Positions 1 through 11,200 of a stretch of 64,000 nucleotides of DNA are shown here, piece after piece. The position numbers and the translations under genes were made by a program. The notes under the pieces were generated by a model. It ran no database searches and was not told where the DNA came from. It saw only the letters and a list, made by a program, of their open reading frames with translations. Origin of the DNA: Carpediemonas membranifera BICM (lineage: Eukaryota > Protista > Fornicata); assembly GCA_019828565.1 (NCBI GenBank), contig JAHDYR010000066.1, forward strand, positions 520,325-584,324, read 5' to 3'. The stretch's first letter is position 1, and each line of letters begins with the position of its first letter.

Positions 1-1
1 A

Positions 2-1348
2 CCGGAAATTCCTACGCCTAAGAAGGCCATTCTCTTCCGCGAGAAGGTTTTCTGGACCTGCGTTGTCCTTACCCTTTTCCTAATCCTCTCGCAGGTGCCC
101 CTTTACGGTATTCAGATTGCTGCTGGCACTGATCCCCTCTATTGGCTTCGTGTTATGCTTGCCTCCAACCGCGGTACCCTCATGGAGCTTGGTCTTGGCC
201 CCGCCATCACCTCTGGCCTCATCCTCCAGCTCCTCAACGGCGCTGGCATCCTGACCTACGACCAGAACAACAAGGAGGAGCGCGCTCTTTTCCAGGGCGC
301 CCAGAAGCTCATCGGCTTCCTCATGACCCTCTTCCAGGCCTGCGCCTACACCCTCGGTGGCATGTACGGCCCCGTCGCCACCATCGGCGTCCCCACCGCC
401 GTCCTCATCATTGCCCAGCTCACCATCACTGGCGTCATCGTCAACCTCCTCGACGAGATGCTTACCAAGGGCTACGGCATGGGCTCTGGCTCCTCCCTCT
501 TCATCGCCTGCAACGTCTGCGAGTCCATCGTTTGGAAGTCCTTCTCCATCACTACCATCGACATTGGCCGCGGCATTGAGTTCGAGGGCGCCGTCATCGC
601 CTTCTTCCACTATCTTATCACCCGCCCCAACAAGCTCGAGGCCCTCCGCATCGCCATGTTCAGGTCTAACCTCCCGAACATGATGAACCTCATTGCCACC
701 GTCGCCATCTTCGCCGTTGTCATCTACCTCCAGGGCTTCCGCGTTGAGCTCCGCTTCAACCACCGCCGCGCCCGCAACATGACGGTTGCCTACCCCATCA
801 AGCTCTTCTACACGTCGAACGTCCCCGTCATGCTCCAGTCCGCCGTCATCTCGAACGTATTCATGTTCTCCCAGTTCCTGTTCAAGCGCTTCGGCTCGAA
901 CGTGTTCGTCCGCCTCGTCGGCGCCTGGAACGAGACCGAGCAGGGCCAGCTCTACCCCTCCGGCGGCCTGATCTACTTCCTCTCCCCTCCCGCCTCGATG
1001 TACGCCGCCGTGCTCTCGCCCCTCCGCACCCTCGTCTACATCGTCTTCATGATCGCCACGTGCGGCCTCTTCTCCCGCCTCTGGATCGACTTCAGCGGCG
1101 GCTCTGCCCGTGAGGTCTCTGAGAACCTCAAGCGCGAGGGTCTGATGCTCGCTGGCCACCGTGACGACTCTATGGTTCGCGTGCTCAACCGCTACATCCC
1201 CGTCGCCGCTGTTGCTGGTGGTGTGATCGTCGGCGCGTTGACTGTCGCTGCGGATCTGATGGGCGCGATCGGGTCCGGCACCGGTATCCTGCTGGCCTCG
1301 ACGACCATCTACTCCTTCATGGAGCAGTTCGCCAAGGAGTCCCTGTGA
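2..1348 (+). CDS. SEC61A: Protein translocon subunit Sec61 alpha (5' end outside the window)
   Basis: Frame is open from position 2 (PEIPTPKKAILFREKVFWTCVVLTLFLILSQVPLYGI). Carries ASNRGTLMELG, GSGSSLFIA, YPIKLFYTSNVP and GSGTGILLA motifs of SecY/Sec61. Confidence 0.97.
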   Translation, partial: PEIPTPKKAILFREKVFWTCVVLTLFLILSQVPLYGIQIAAGTDPLYWLRVMLASNRGTLMELGLGPAITSGLILQLLNGAGILTYDQNNKEERALFQGAQKLIGFLMTLFQACAYTLGGMYGPVATIGVPTAVLIIAQLTITGVIVNLLDEMLTKGYGMGSGSSLFIACNVCESIVWKSFSITTIDIGRGIEFEGAVIAFFHYLITRPNKLEALRIAMFRSNLPNMMNLIATVAIFAVVIYLQGFRVELRFNHRRARNMTVAYPIKLFYTSNVPVMLQSAVISNVFMFSQFLFKRFGSNVFVRLVGAWNETEQGQLYPSGGLIYFLSPPASMYAAVLSPLRTLVYIVFMIATCGLFSRLWIDFSGGSAREVSENLKREGLMLAGHRDDSMVRVLNRYIPVAAVAGGVIVGALTVAADLMGAIGSGTGILLASTTIYSFMEQFAKESL

Positions 1349-1455
1349 GCTGGTAAATACTAACTAGGTGCTGTGTAGTGAGATTTACGTTACATTGCTG
1401 CTAAGCCGACACCTTGCAAGGGCGCAGTTTTGGATCGCCGCAGTCGTTCAGCTCA

Positions 1456-2559
1456 ATGAAATCCGATCACCAGACGCTCATTCAAATAGCAATTCCCGCA
1501 GAAACGTACCCCAGGTCTTGTGTTCAGACCTTCGAGGACGCCGCTTCATCCGCACTGGTCGTGGAAAACCCGTTTCCAATGCTTCCCCTCGGAACGATCG
1601 ATTCCCTGATGGCCATCAACGATCAACTGCGCACTACCATGGCAACATCTGAGGGCATTGTCCGCAGCGTCATCGGGGCAGCCATGGAGATCCTCGAGAG
1701 GGCTCAGCAGCACTCGAACGTCTCACCCAGCGCATACGTCGGCGAGCTCGTCACCAAGATCGTCAGGGAGTTCACATGGGACGAAGCCAAGTTCCCGACG
1801 CGCTTTTCGATGGACCGCATTGTCGCGATGGTGACCCAGCGACTGAGCACCATTGACGCTGATGTGTCGTCGGTGATGAAGAGGTTTGCCCAGGCATTTG
1901 CAGAGTCGGCCCAGGTGCAGAAGGAGACCCATGGCTCGCTGCAGGTACAGGCCGTCGACAACCACATCGCGACGGCCCAGATCGTGTCGACTGACTGGCT
2001 GACCACCCGAGTCGTCGCCGTACCGAGGGGGCTGGTTTCCGAGTGGAAGAAGACGTATGAGACGATGGCGGAGTACGTCGTGCCCCGGTCGGACCTGTGC
2101 CTGGCCAAGGACAAGGAGTACGAGCTCCACCGGGTCGTCCTCTTCACAAAGTCCGTCGACGACTTCACCAGGGCCATCCGGGAGTACAAGTTCATCATGC
2201 GGTCCTGGACGCCCGAGACTGCCATGAGTGCGGGGGGACCGGAGGCACGGCTGGCAGCGACACTCGATATCGCCGAAGACATCCACGCGGAGGCCGCGGA
2301 GCTGATGCCCGGCTGGATCGAGGAGGCAATCACCGCGGCTATCCATCTGGCGACGCTGGCGGCGTTTGTGGAGGGCGTCCTGCGCCACGGGACGCCGCCC
2401 ATCTTCATCGGGATCCTCGCGCTGTGCCCGACCAAGAAGGTCACGTCAGTGCTCACTGTGGCGGAGCGCATGTTTGGGGACAAGAAGAGCGTTTACGATG
2501 GCGCCAAAGTCCTCGACGGCCTCTTGTCGTTCGCCGAGGTCCATCATGCCCTCTTTTAA
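1456..2559 (+). CDS. VMA5: V-type proton ATPase subunit C
   Basis: FTWDEAKFP, YETMAEYVVPRS and FVEGVLRHG match conserved V-ATPase C motifs; first ATG at 1456. Confidence 0.85.
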   Translation: MKSDHQTLIQIAIPAETYPRSCVQTFEDAASSALVVENPFPMLPLGTIDSLMAINDQLRTTMATSEGIVRSVIGAAMEILERAQQHSNVSPSAYVGELVTKIVREFTWDEAKFPTRFSMDRIVAMVTQRLSTIDADVSSVMKRFAQAFAESAQVQKETHGSLQVQAVDNHIATAQIVSTDWLTTRVVAVPRGLVSEWKKTYETMAEYVVPRSDLCLAKDKEYELHRVVLFTKSVDDFTRAIREYKFIMRSWTPETAMSAGGPEARLAATLDIAEDIHAEAAELMPGWIEEAITAAIHLATLAAFVEGVLRHGTPPIFIGILALCPTKKVTSVLTVAERMFGDKKSVYDGAKVLDGLLSFAEVHHALF

Positions 2560-2749
2560 ATTTTTGTCAGCCCAGCCCGTTCAGTGCATGAGACCCGCAC
2601 GGCCATGTCATAATTGGGTCTAATAAGGCCTGGAGTGGTCTGTGGCTGTGTCCCAAGAAGGCACTCGACTGAAGCTCTTTCAAAGGTGCAGGTTAAGACA
2701 GGAAAATTTGGACACCGGTGTGGAACGGCAACCCAGAGCAACCAGTCCA

Positions 2750-3967
2750 ATGCAGAAGGAAATTTTCATTAGTGAAAGGCCCTCAGTTACCGCACAGGCA
2801 GCTGAGCAGCCTATTACAAAAGCCCCAACCGATGAGACAAAGGGTGGTGCTCTGAAAGACGTTATGATCTCTCAACGCCCGGAAATATACGCTCCAGCAT
2901 ACAGTCCTAGTGTAGATAGCCGCCCTGGAATACAGGATTCCGGCCGCAACGGGGACATCACACCGCCGCCGTTCTTCCCCTTGGCTGCTAACAAGGAGTT
3001 CGTGGTGATGCCACAGGGTCCGCGGAACCAGGACGCGTTCAAGAAGCTTAGGGAGAACCAGAAGGAGCACAAAGCCGGGACGATTTTCACACAGCACAAG
3101 AAGTTCATCCGCGAGCTGACACAAAGGAAGCAACAGGAGGTCGTTGACGCCGAGAAGAAGAAGCAGAATGACGTCGAGAAGGCCGAGAAGATCAAGTTCC
3201 GGAGTACGAAAGAGCGGACCTCCATCAGGGCTCGGTCGGCCCAGCCCAAGCCCGCCAAGCCGTGGTGGGCCATGACCACCGCTGACGCCGGGAAGAAGCT
3301 GATGGGGCGAGAGGAGACGGATCTGCTGGACTTTGCGGCGGGGCTTGATTTGGAGGAGTATCTCGACAACGAGGCGGTGCTGGGTGCACTGGAGACCATC
3401 AAGGACGTCATAATGCCGAAGGAGCCAGAGCCCGAACCTGAACCAGTGCCGGAACAGGAAGCCGTCGTAGAGCAGGAGGAAGCTGTTCTGGACGACACTG
3501 AGAACGACCCGCAGCCCGAGCCCGCTCTCGGGGCGACCCAGCGCAGCATGCAGGACACCCGCGCCCCCTCTGCCGTCCCCGCCCGCCCCCGGTCACGGCC
3601 GGCACCCGTACCTGAGCCAGTCATCGAGCAGACGATCTCCCACACGCGTCGCCGCGCCCCCACTGTGTTCGACGAGGCGGCCCCCGTGGACCTCGTCCGT
3701 CGGCTGACCCGGGTCCACAGCGCGGCGTCCATCCGGCGAGTGATGCAGACCGGGTCCGGGGCCATAGTGGATGAGACGATGAAGACGGGGAAGGTGGGCG
3801 TGCAGGGCGACACGGTGGTGGTGCGGCACGACCCCGCGGATGACCTGCAGTACAGCACGATGGACGTGACTAATACTGCGCAGATGAGGCTCATCCAGCG
3901 GAGGCAGCGGGCGGCGTTCGAGGACCCCGGGACCCTACCCTACCTGTATAGAAACCCGGCGATCTAG
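2750..3967 (+). CDS. Hypothetical coiled-coil protein, possibly ciliary, ending LPYLYRNPAI
   Basis: Long ORF with host-like codon usage, a charged coiled-coil, a PE-rich linker and a KPWWAMT motif; first ATG at 2750. Confidence 0.7.
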   Translation: MQKEIFISERPSVTAQAAEQPITKAPTDETKGGALKDVMISQRPEIYAPAYSPSVDSRPGIQDSGRNGDITPPPFFPLAANKEFVVMPQGPRNQDAFKKLRENQKEHKAGTIFTQHKKFIRELTQRKQQEVVDAEKKKQNDVEKAEKIKFRSTKERTSIRARSAQPKPAKPWWAMTTADAGKKLMGREETDLLDFAAGLDLEEYLDNEAVLGALETIKDVIMPKEPEPEPEPVPEQEAVVEQEEAVLDDTENDPQPEPALGATQRSMQDTRAPSAVPARPRSRPAPVPEPVIEQTISHTRRRAPTVFDEAAPVDLVRRLTRVHSAASIRRVMQTGSGAIVDETMKTGKVGVQGDTVVVRHDPADDLQYSTMDVTNTAQMRLIQRRQRAAFEDPGTLPYLYRNPAI

Positions 3968-3985
3968 GCAGCGGCATCGCCCCGT

Positions 3986-4345
3986 CACTGTCCATATTAC
4001 GTAAAGCTGCCGCTGTTACTTCGCGAGGACGGTGGTCTGTCTCTTCTGGCCGGTCCAGCTTGACATGAACATCCGGCATAGGGCTTGTGGCGGAGGCCTG
4101 TATATCTCCTACCGACTTTAGACGTGGGTAGTAGGAGACAGGGCAGTGTTGCGCAGGATAAAACACTTTGTTCGACCCAACGAGCCTCGATTTATCTCGA
4201 TCGATTTATGGTCGATTTATGTATGTGCATTATGTATTACGGAACCGGTCCCACCGGTCCAACACTGTCAGCGGCTCGACCTGGCTTAGAGCCCAGGAGC
4301 GGAGCAGCGAGATAACGTTCGCGAAACGGGCCTTATCCTGCACAA
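3986..4345. repeat. Dispersed structured intergenic element, copy 1
   Basis: Shares GGAGACAGGGCAGTGTTGCGCAG (23/23 nt) and CCTACCGACTT with 14444-14627, and the same arrangement of inverted repeats. Confidence 0.7.
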
Positions 4346-4370
4346 TCTCTAGAAATCACTGCTCAGTTTC

Positions 4371-7300
4371 ATGGGATACGCGTCAATTGCGAAGACGCGA
4401 ACAATACTCAAGAACCGAGCAGATGCGAGAAAGCCCGACGAGAAGGGATTAAGTCGCCTTTCAGACGTCTACAAGTCTGCAGAGCACAGACATCTGTTTC
4501 AGAAGGACAAGATCACATGCGTGGAGAAGATGGTACGAAGAATTGATATGCTGGACGCAAAATACAAGGATATTACCACGCTTTACCTGTCGAACAACCA
4601 GATCCGCAGTCTGACCGGCGTGGAGCAGTTCCTCCGCCTTGAAACCCTCTCCCTTGCAAACAACCGGATCGCTGATCTCAACGAGCTCAGGAACCTCTCT
4701 TCTGTGCCATATCTCCGCAATCTGAACCTCGAGGGCAACCCGGTCGCGAGCCAGCCGCACTACCGCTCTCAGGCCATCGCCCACTGCTCAACGAGGCTGG
4801 CCGTGCTCGACGGGAAGCAGGTCACGGACGCTGAGAGGAAGACAGCCGACGCCGTGGTCCGTAACGAGGCGTCGCTGTTCCGGCTGATGCTATCGAACCA
4901 GCTGCTCATCGACAGGCTCCACAGGGCCGTCGAGAAGATCGCCATGCACCGCCAGCTCGTCGCCGAGTTCAAGGTGCCCGGCAAGCCGCTCGTTATGACT
5001 GAACTGGAGCCCAAGCGCATCATTGAGCTGGCGCAGGCGGATCTGCAAGGGTCCGACGACTCCCTCAGGGACAGGGTCCGGAACGACATGCGGGCCCGGG
5101 CCGTGGAGGTCTGGCGGAAGAAGTACCCAAACGGGCTCGGCACCCGTAAGCGGCCGACGCTGACCGAGAGCTGGGATCTGGCGTACAACGAGGTCATGAC
5201 GCTCCAGCAGAAGGAGATGTCAGACCTGCTGGCTGAGCTCGACGGCGCCAAGGACGATATCCAGGTGTTCAACGCCAAGAATGAGGCCCGCGTTACCTCC
5301 CCAGACGGGCCCGAGGCCAAGCACCGCATGGAACGGGAGGCGCTCATCGGCGAGTACCAGAGCTCGGTCAAGAACCTGCAGCAGACGATCAGAGGGAGCA
5401 GGGTCGCCCCCCACGCCGCCCGGTCCCAGCCGGTGTCCCCCAAGCCGACGCCCCCGGTCCAGCGGGCCTGGTCTGCGGACGTCCGCACGGCGAGGGAGCC
5501 GGGGCAGGATCTGGGCAAGACGGTGCCCCCCTCCCGGCTGCGGTCGCTGCTGTCCCACGTGGATGTCCTGCCCGACGAGTCGGACGCCCCGACCGCGTCG
5601 TCGACCACACTCACCCAGACGAGGGAGGTTGAGGTTCCCAACTCCCCCGCGACCCGCATCCCCCAGCCCCGGAGCCGGCCACGAGGTCCTGAGAACTCGG
5701 CCCCCAACCAGACGAACCAGACGGCACCTGCCGACACCGAGGAGGAGCTTGGCATGCTGCACGAGGCACTTGAGGCCGCGGCCCGGTACCAGGAGGAGCT
5801 CGAGACACGTCTGGAGGCCGCGTTCGGCGAGAGAGACAGCTTGAGGGTGGAGCTGGACGGTATCACGAGACAGCGCGGGTCGACTGCGCACCATCTCTCG
5901 GCCGTGCAGCAGGCCTGCGCGGACAAGGAGGCAGAGCTCGCGGGCATGCGGGCCGAGCTCATCCAGCTGAGGCAGACGGCTGAGGCGGCGACGGCAGCGC
6001 TGGGGGAGGTCACGGACGATCGCGACTACCACCAGATGAAGGCCACCCGCTTCTGCTCGGAGCTGACGGAGATGGTCGACATGCGGCAGAAGGAGCAGCG
6101 CGCCGACGACCACGCCGCGGTCCTCGCCCTCCGCCACACTCTAGCGCGGTGGCGCCAACTCCCCGCCGTCTCGCTGCGGGCGGCCGCGGTGCGGTCGATG
6201 GCGGAAGAGAGGGCACACAGTATCGCCTTGGCCGCCGTGGGCGATGCCTTCGATGCCTGGCGCATCCTTCCCGCCCTAGCCCAGCACCACCGCGCCATGG
6301 CCACACAGGCCGAGCAGTTTCACCGGTATAGGATCTGCCGGGCAGCCCTCAGCTGTCTCAGGACACGTGCCGCTGAGGCTGAAGCAGAGGAGGAGGCTAG
6401 GCTGGCCGAGGCTGACGGCATCCGAATGGGCGTGGTGGCGGCCGGTTGTCTGCAGCGCTGGGCCAAATTCGTCGAGCTGAGAAGGATCAAGCGGCGCAAC
6501 GAGAGACGCGCCTGCAAGTTCGAGCGTATCAGCACCACGGCGCGGGCCTTCGACACCTGGGACAAGGCCGCCGCTAAGGTCCAGCGCTGCCGCGCCATCG
6601 AGCAGACCGCCGTGGCCGCCCGCAACACAGACACGATGCGAGCGAGCCTCGACCTGTGGCGGGCCTACGCCGCCGCCCGGGCCCAGAAGAATGCGATGAC
6701 CGCGCGTGCCCGGGATGTCCGGGCGGGCGTCCTCCTCGCCACGGCGCTGGGGGCCTGGCACATGCACCACGGGACGTACCAGGAGGCCGCCGCCAGGGCC
6801 CGGGACCACACGCAGGTCGAGGCCCGGACGGTGCTGCGGACATGGCGCGTGGCCGTCGAGACGCACAGGGCTGCTCGAGTGCAGACCAACGCCGCGGCTG
6901 TCACGTTCTGTAGACTCGAGCGAGCACAGGCCCGCGAGGCTCTGCATGCCTGGCGGTCCTGGGCCTGCACCCAGCGCCGCAACCGCGTTGCCGTTGCCAA
7001 CATCGAGGCCAGGAGGACTGGTCGGGCTGTCCGGGAGGCCATGTCGCAGTGGAAGACGGGCCATCTGCGGGTGCTGTCGGGGCAGATGGCGTCTGTACGG
7101 GAGCGGACCGCGGCCCTGGCCGGCCAGATCGAGGTGACGGAGGCTAGATACGCGGACATCGAGATCGAGAACCTCCGTCTGATCGATCGGCTGCACGAGC
7201 TCAACTCCGAGGTGGCCGGGCTGCGGGCCGACCAAGACGCCGTGACCCGGGCCCGCGAGGACCAGGCCAAGGACCTCGACGCCGCCGTCCTCAGCGAGAG

Positions 7301-7976
7301 AGATGCCCAGCTCGAGGTGGAGATGCTCCGGAACACAAACCGGGCCCTGACCATGGAGGTCGACCGGCTGCACGGCGTCGTGGCCGAGCGGGACGAGGTG
7401 ATCGCGTCGCACAGGGTGATCAGCGGGCTCGAGGCGAAGACCACGGACGACGCGCTGCTCGATGCTCAGTCTCGCCTCGCGGACGCCCTCCAGCAGGTCT
7501 CTGCCCTCAGAGAGGAGTTGTCTCGTGTAGAGGCGGCGGCGGACGTCAAGGTTGCCGACACCGTGCGGCAACTGGATGAGGCGATGGACGTGACGGCCGA
7601 CCTCAGACGCGTCATCGGAGACAAGGATGCCCAGCTGCGGCGCATGACACGCGAGGTCGACACGAAGGAGGATTCAATCGAGCGGGCCACCCTCCGTCTC
7701 GAGGCGGCGCAGGGGACAATCATGGAGGAGATAGGGTCCCGCGACAGGATCATCGACAGACTCGCTCAGACGGCGACGCTGCCAGATCCCCGGCCGGCCC
7801 TGGAGATGGCGGACATGCGGCCGGATAATGACCCGAACCAGAGCCGCAGCCAGGCGCGGGTGACGACGCGGCCAGCGGACTACACGATGGCGTCGGACTC
7901 GTACGGCGCGGCGCTCCAGTCGCAGATCAGCAGCCTGCACGAGAAGATTCTCAGCCGACTGCGTGAGAACATGTGA
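4371..7976 (+). CDS. LRR plus coiled-coil protein with Sfi1-like (putative centrin-binding) repeats
   Basis: N-terminal SDS22-type LRRs (LYLSNNQIRSL, LSLANNRIADL, LNLEGNPV), periodic A/L-x-x-W-R repeats in the middle, C-terminal coiled coil. Confidence 0.8.
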   Translation: MGYASIAKTRTILKNRADARKPDEKGLSRLSDVYKSAEHRHLFQKDKITCVEKMVRRIDMLDAKYKDITTLYLSNNQIRSLTGVEQFLRLETLSLANNRIADLNELRNLSSVPYLRNLNLEGNPVASQPHYRSQAIAHCSTRLAVLDGKQVTDAERKTADAVVRNEASLFRLMLSNQLLIDRLHRAVEKIAMHRQLVAEFKVPGKPLVMTELEPKRIIELAQADLQGSDDSLRDRVRNDMRARAVEVWRKKYPNGLGTRKRPTLTESWDLAYNEVMTLQQKEMSDLLAELDGAKDDIQVFNAKNEARVTSPDGPEAKHRMEREALIGEYQSSVKNLQQTIRGSRVAPHAARSQPVSPKPTPPVQRAWSADVRTAREPGQDLGKTVPPSRLRSLLSHVDVLPDESDAPTASSTTLTQTREVEVPNSPATRIPQPRSRPRGPENSAPNQTNQTAPADTEEELGMLHEALEAAARYQEELETRLEAAFGERDSLRVELDGITRQRGSTAHHLSAVQQACADKEAELAGMRAELIQLRQTAEAATAALGEVTDDRDYHQMKATRFCSELTEMVDMRQKEQRADDHAAVLALRHTLARWRQLPAVSLRAAAVRSMAEERAHSIALAAVGDAFDAWRILPALAQHHRAMATQAEQFHRYRICRAALSCLRTRAAEAEAEEEARLAEADGIRMGVVAAGCLQRWAKFVELRRIKRRNERRACKFERISTTARAFDTWDKAAAKVQRCRAIEQTAVAARNTDTMRASLDLWRAYAAARAQKNAMTARARDVRAGVLLATALGAWHMHHGTYQEAAARARDHTQVEARTVLRTWRVAVETHRAARVQTNAAAVTFCRLERAQAREALHAWRSWACTQRRNRVAVANIEARRTGRAVREAMSQWKTGHLRVLSGQMASVRERTAALAGQIEVTEARYADIEIENLRLIDRLHELNSEVAGLRADQDAVTRAREDQAKDLDAAVLSERDAQLEVEMLRNTNRALTMEVDRLHGVVAERDEVIASHRVISGLEAKTTDDALLDAQSRLADALQQVSALREELSRVEAAADVKVADTVRQLDEAMDVTADLRRVIGDKDAQLRRMTREVDTKEDSIERATLRLEAAQGTIMEEIGSRDRIIDRLAQTATLPDPRPALEMADMRPDNDPNQSRSQARVTTRPADYTMASDSYGAALQSQISSLHEKILSRLRENM

Positions 7977-8287
7977 GCTGGCCCAGTCTGTCATGTCAGT
8001 GTTGTAAAAAAGTCTCAGTAGCACGGGCAGGTGACGTTGTTGCCTGACCCACGTCGATTTACGCGAATACATACATGAATGTGTTTCGACCACATCGGGC
8101 CGTCTGCCGAGGGCGCAGCTATGCTTTCGGGTCGGTGATAAAAACTTGTCATCCGGGCGATGCAGATGGCGATCAGCTGTTACAGGGCTGCGGGGGACCT
8201 GCACTTGCAGCGACTGGCAGCCTGCGTCTGAGATTCCCACGCATATTCTGCGACGGCACAGTTTTCAAGGCGAAGAGAGATCAACCT

Positions 8288-11200
8288 ATGGATGAGCTTG
8301 AGGGTGGCATGTCAGCTGAAATGATGTCACCGCTATCATCCGATGCCTCTCTGTCGACTAGATCCGACAAATTGAGGCATTCTGTCGATCCTAACGAATT
8401 ATTCCGCACAGCTCTTGGTTTGGCCCTCACATGCTCTCATTCTTACTCTAGATGACATATTTGGCTCATATATGCTATCACCACCACTATTAGCCAAGCA
8501 TATTGACCGACTCACGACGTTCTTGTCCGTTGTTCCGTGGACATTCGGAAAGAGCGGCCAAACGGTGCAAACGCTGTTCGATATGAACAGGATGAACATC
8601 CTCATCACCAAGATGAGCGAGCACATGGCCGCACACGCCGCAGTGTGCACCAACCAGGGCGAGGTGCTGACGAAGTCGCCGCTCCCCCCAGTCCTTGAGT
8701 GCATCGGGTCCACCGTGGAGGGCACGGAGTGGATCCAGAAGACCGTGCAGCGCCACAGCGCCATCGCCCTCCACACTCCCACCCTTGGCCAGACCCTGGA
8801 TGCCATGCACTCGATCTCTGCGTCCATTCATGTTGAAGGCATGATCATCGGCAGTCTCAACGTGTTGGGCGTCGTTGTGCGGGAGATGATGAACGAAAAT
8901 ACCGAGGAGGAGGTCTCGAGGATCGCCGCTAAGTTTGGCTGCGACTCCGTTGATGCCGTCACTGCCTTCCACGATACTCAGCCACGGCCTGCCAGCGACG
9001 TCACAACCCTCATTGATTCTGTGGGCGTTGTTGCGGCGTATCTATCCCGCATTGCCTCGCACAACCGAGACTCACGGCTAAGCTTCCAAGCCGCCCAGAT
9101 GCGGGGCAACGGCGATCGCGTACGGCCCCGCTTCACGATGCTGTCCCCGTTGAACATCCCGCTTGTGGTCCACGCACTCCTGTTCTCTCCGTCGACGTCG
9201 ATGCTCCCGCCCGTCGTCGACGCCGTGTGCTCGCTGCTCCCGATCGCCCAGCTCGCCATTGGGATGCTCCTCACGGCCCTTATGTTCACAACAGCCTCAG
9301 ATCCGACGCTGTTCAAGGTAGTCGCCGCCATCGGGCTGCCCGGTGCCCTGCCCGGCCAGGATGTCAGGCAGACATGGGGTCATATCCTCGTCGTACTCGT
9401 GCCGACCCTGGCCATGTTCGCCCTCAACGTGTTTGGCCTCGTCGCCATACGCACGAAGCAAGACATGTGCCTCGACCGCATACGAACCGCCAACGCCGCC
9501 AACCTCCGTCTGGCGCTCCTCGCCGCCATCCTCGTGCCGTCCATGGCCGCCTCGATCGCCCAGATCCCTGTACGGATCGCGACGTCGTCGAACACCTCCC
9601 CAGGCTTCATCGCTGGCGAGGTGGCGGCGCTGGTAGTTGGTCTCGGCCTGCTGCTGTTGCTCGCGGTCCTCGTCGTGCTGGTGTCGATGGTTGTCGCCGT
9701 CCCTCCTGCCAACCGCGCCATCCGCATGCTTGACCTGGCTGGTCTCTGGCTTCTTATCTTCCTTGCAGCGTGTCTGGCGGCAGGCGGCATCGGGGCGCAC
9801 TCCACTTCAATGGCCAGTCTGCCCCGCGTGTGGGCGGTCCTGCTGGCCGTTTACAAGCTAGCACTGCCCGCCATGGCCGTCGTAGTGTCGTCTACAGCCG
9901 TGGTCGCCGTGCTGTGGCGCGTCCCTTCGACGTACGAAGTCGTTAACACCGTCATGGCCGCCGTCTGCGGGCTCCTACTCGCCTTCAGCCTGCTCGACCT
10001 CGCCGCGTCCGTCTCCGTCGCGATGGGGGCGGCCACGGCCTTCGACGAGGAGGACCAGACCCCCGTGGCCGCCCCCATGCTCGTCCTGCTGGGGCTAGTG
10101 GCGCCGCTGCCTTTCCTGGCGATGGCCGCGACGTACATCAGGGTCAGATACGCCGAGCTCTTGACGTTCTCGCACATCTTCGGCGGCGGGGCGGACTTGA
10201 GAACGAAGGCGAGGCTGCTGCGGACGGCCGTCATCAATCCGACCAAACGCCGCGAGTACATCAACCGCATTGTCGCAGAGCGCACCTTCACACTCTCCCA
10301 ACCCGACCTGAAGTCTATCTCGCGTGTCAATCTCAAGATCGGCGTGCGTTCGCTGCTCCACCCGCCGTTCTCGCAGTTTGGCTACCACGGCATCACCCCC
10401 GAGGCCGCGGAGAGCCTCACCGTCATCGCCAACGTGCTTCTGAGCCGCGGCATCGCCCAGTTCCCCGACCACGACCTCTTCTTCCGCATGGTGCAGCTTT
10501 ACGTCGCCACAATGACGAGCGAGTCGATCACCACGGCAGCCGCCCTGCTGCAGACCATCACCAAGGAGCACCTCGCCACACAGAGGCCCGACCACGCGCT
10601 GTACGCCTTTGCAATGAGCAACCATCTAGAGTTCCAGCGCTGTGTGTTCGCGCTTGGCGGTGTGGAGAACGCGGCCAAGTACGTGGAGGTCGAGATCGGC
10701 CTCAGTACCGCGCGGAAGCTGCACTACCGCGCGCTGCAGGCCATGACGGACTTCTGGACGCTGCTACTGCGTCGGAACCCCGATATCCATGCCGTTGTGC
10801 ACCAGGCACACGCAGTCGGCCGCTGCGTCCAGCAGGCGGAGAAGACGTACCACCGCCTGTTCCGGCGACACCGCGCAAATCCAGTCGTCCGGGAGTGGTA
10901 CGCGGCCTTCGCAGCGTCTGTCCTCCGCGACGAGAAGACTGCACACAACGTCAGGTCAAACAAGGACGGCGTGGCGTCTACGGCCTCGCATTCGGTGTCG
11001 TCAGACGCGACACCGTACAAGCTGCGGCCCGGGGAGTACCAGCAGCGGACGACGGTGGTGACCATGGCGCGGTCCGTCACCGTGATCATGGTCTGCAACG
11101 TGCTGCTCCTCATCGTCACCGCAGCGTTCAGCGTCATCCTCTTCGAACTCGTCAAAGCGAAGCAGTCGGTACTGACCGACATCCAGGACGCCTTCTACGC

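Noticed and set aside
80-1159. Long antisense ORF opposite Sec61 (and similar shadow ORFs opposite other genes)
   Set aside because: Strong C/G bias at third codon positions removes stops from antisense frames; no motifs recognised.
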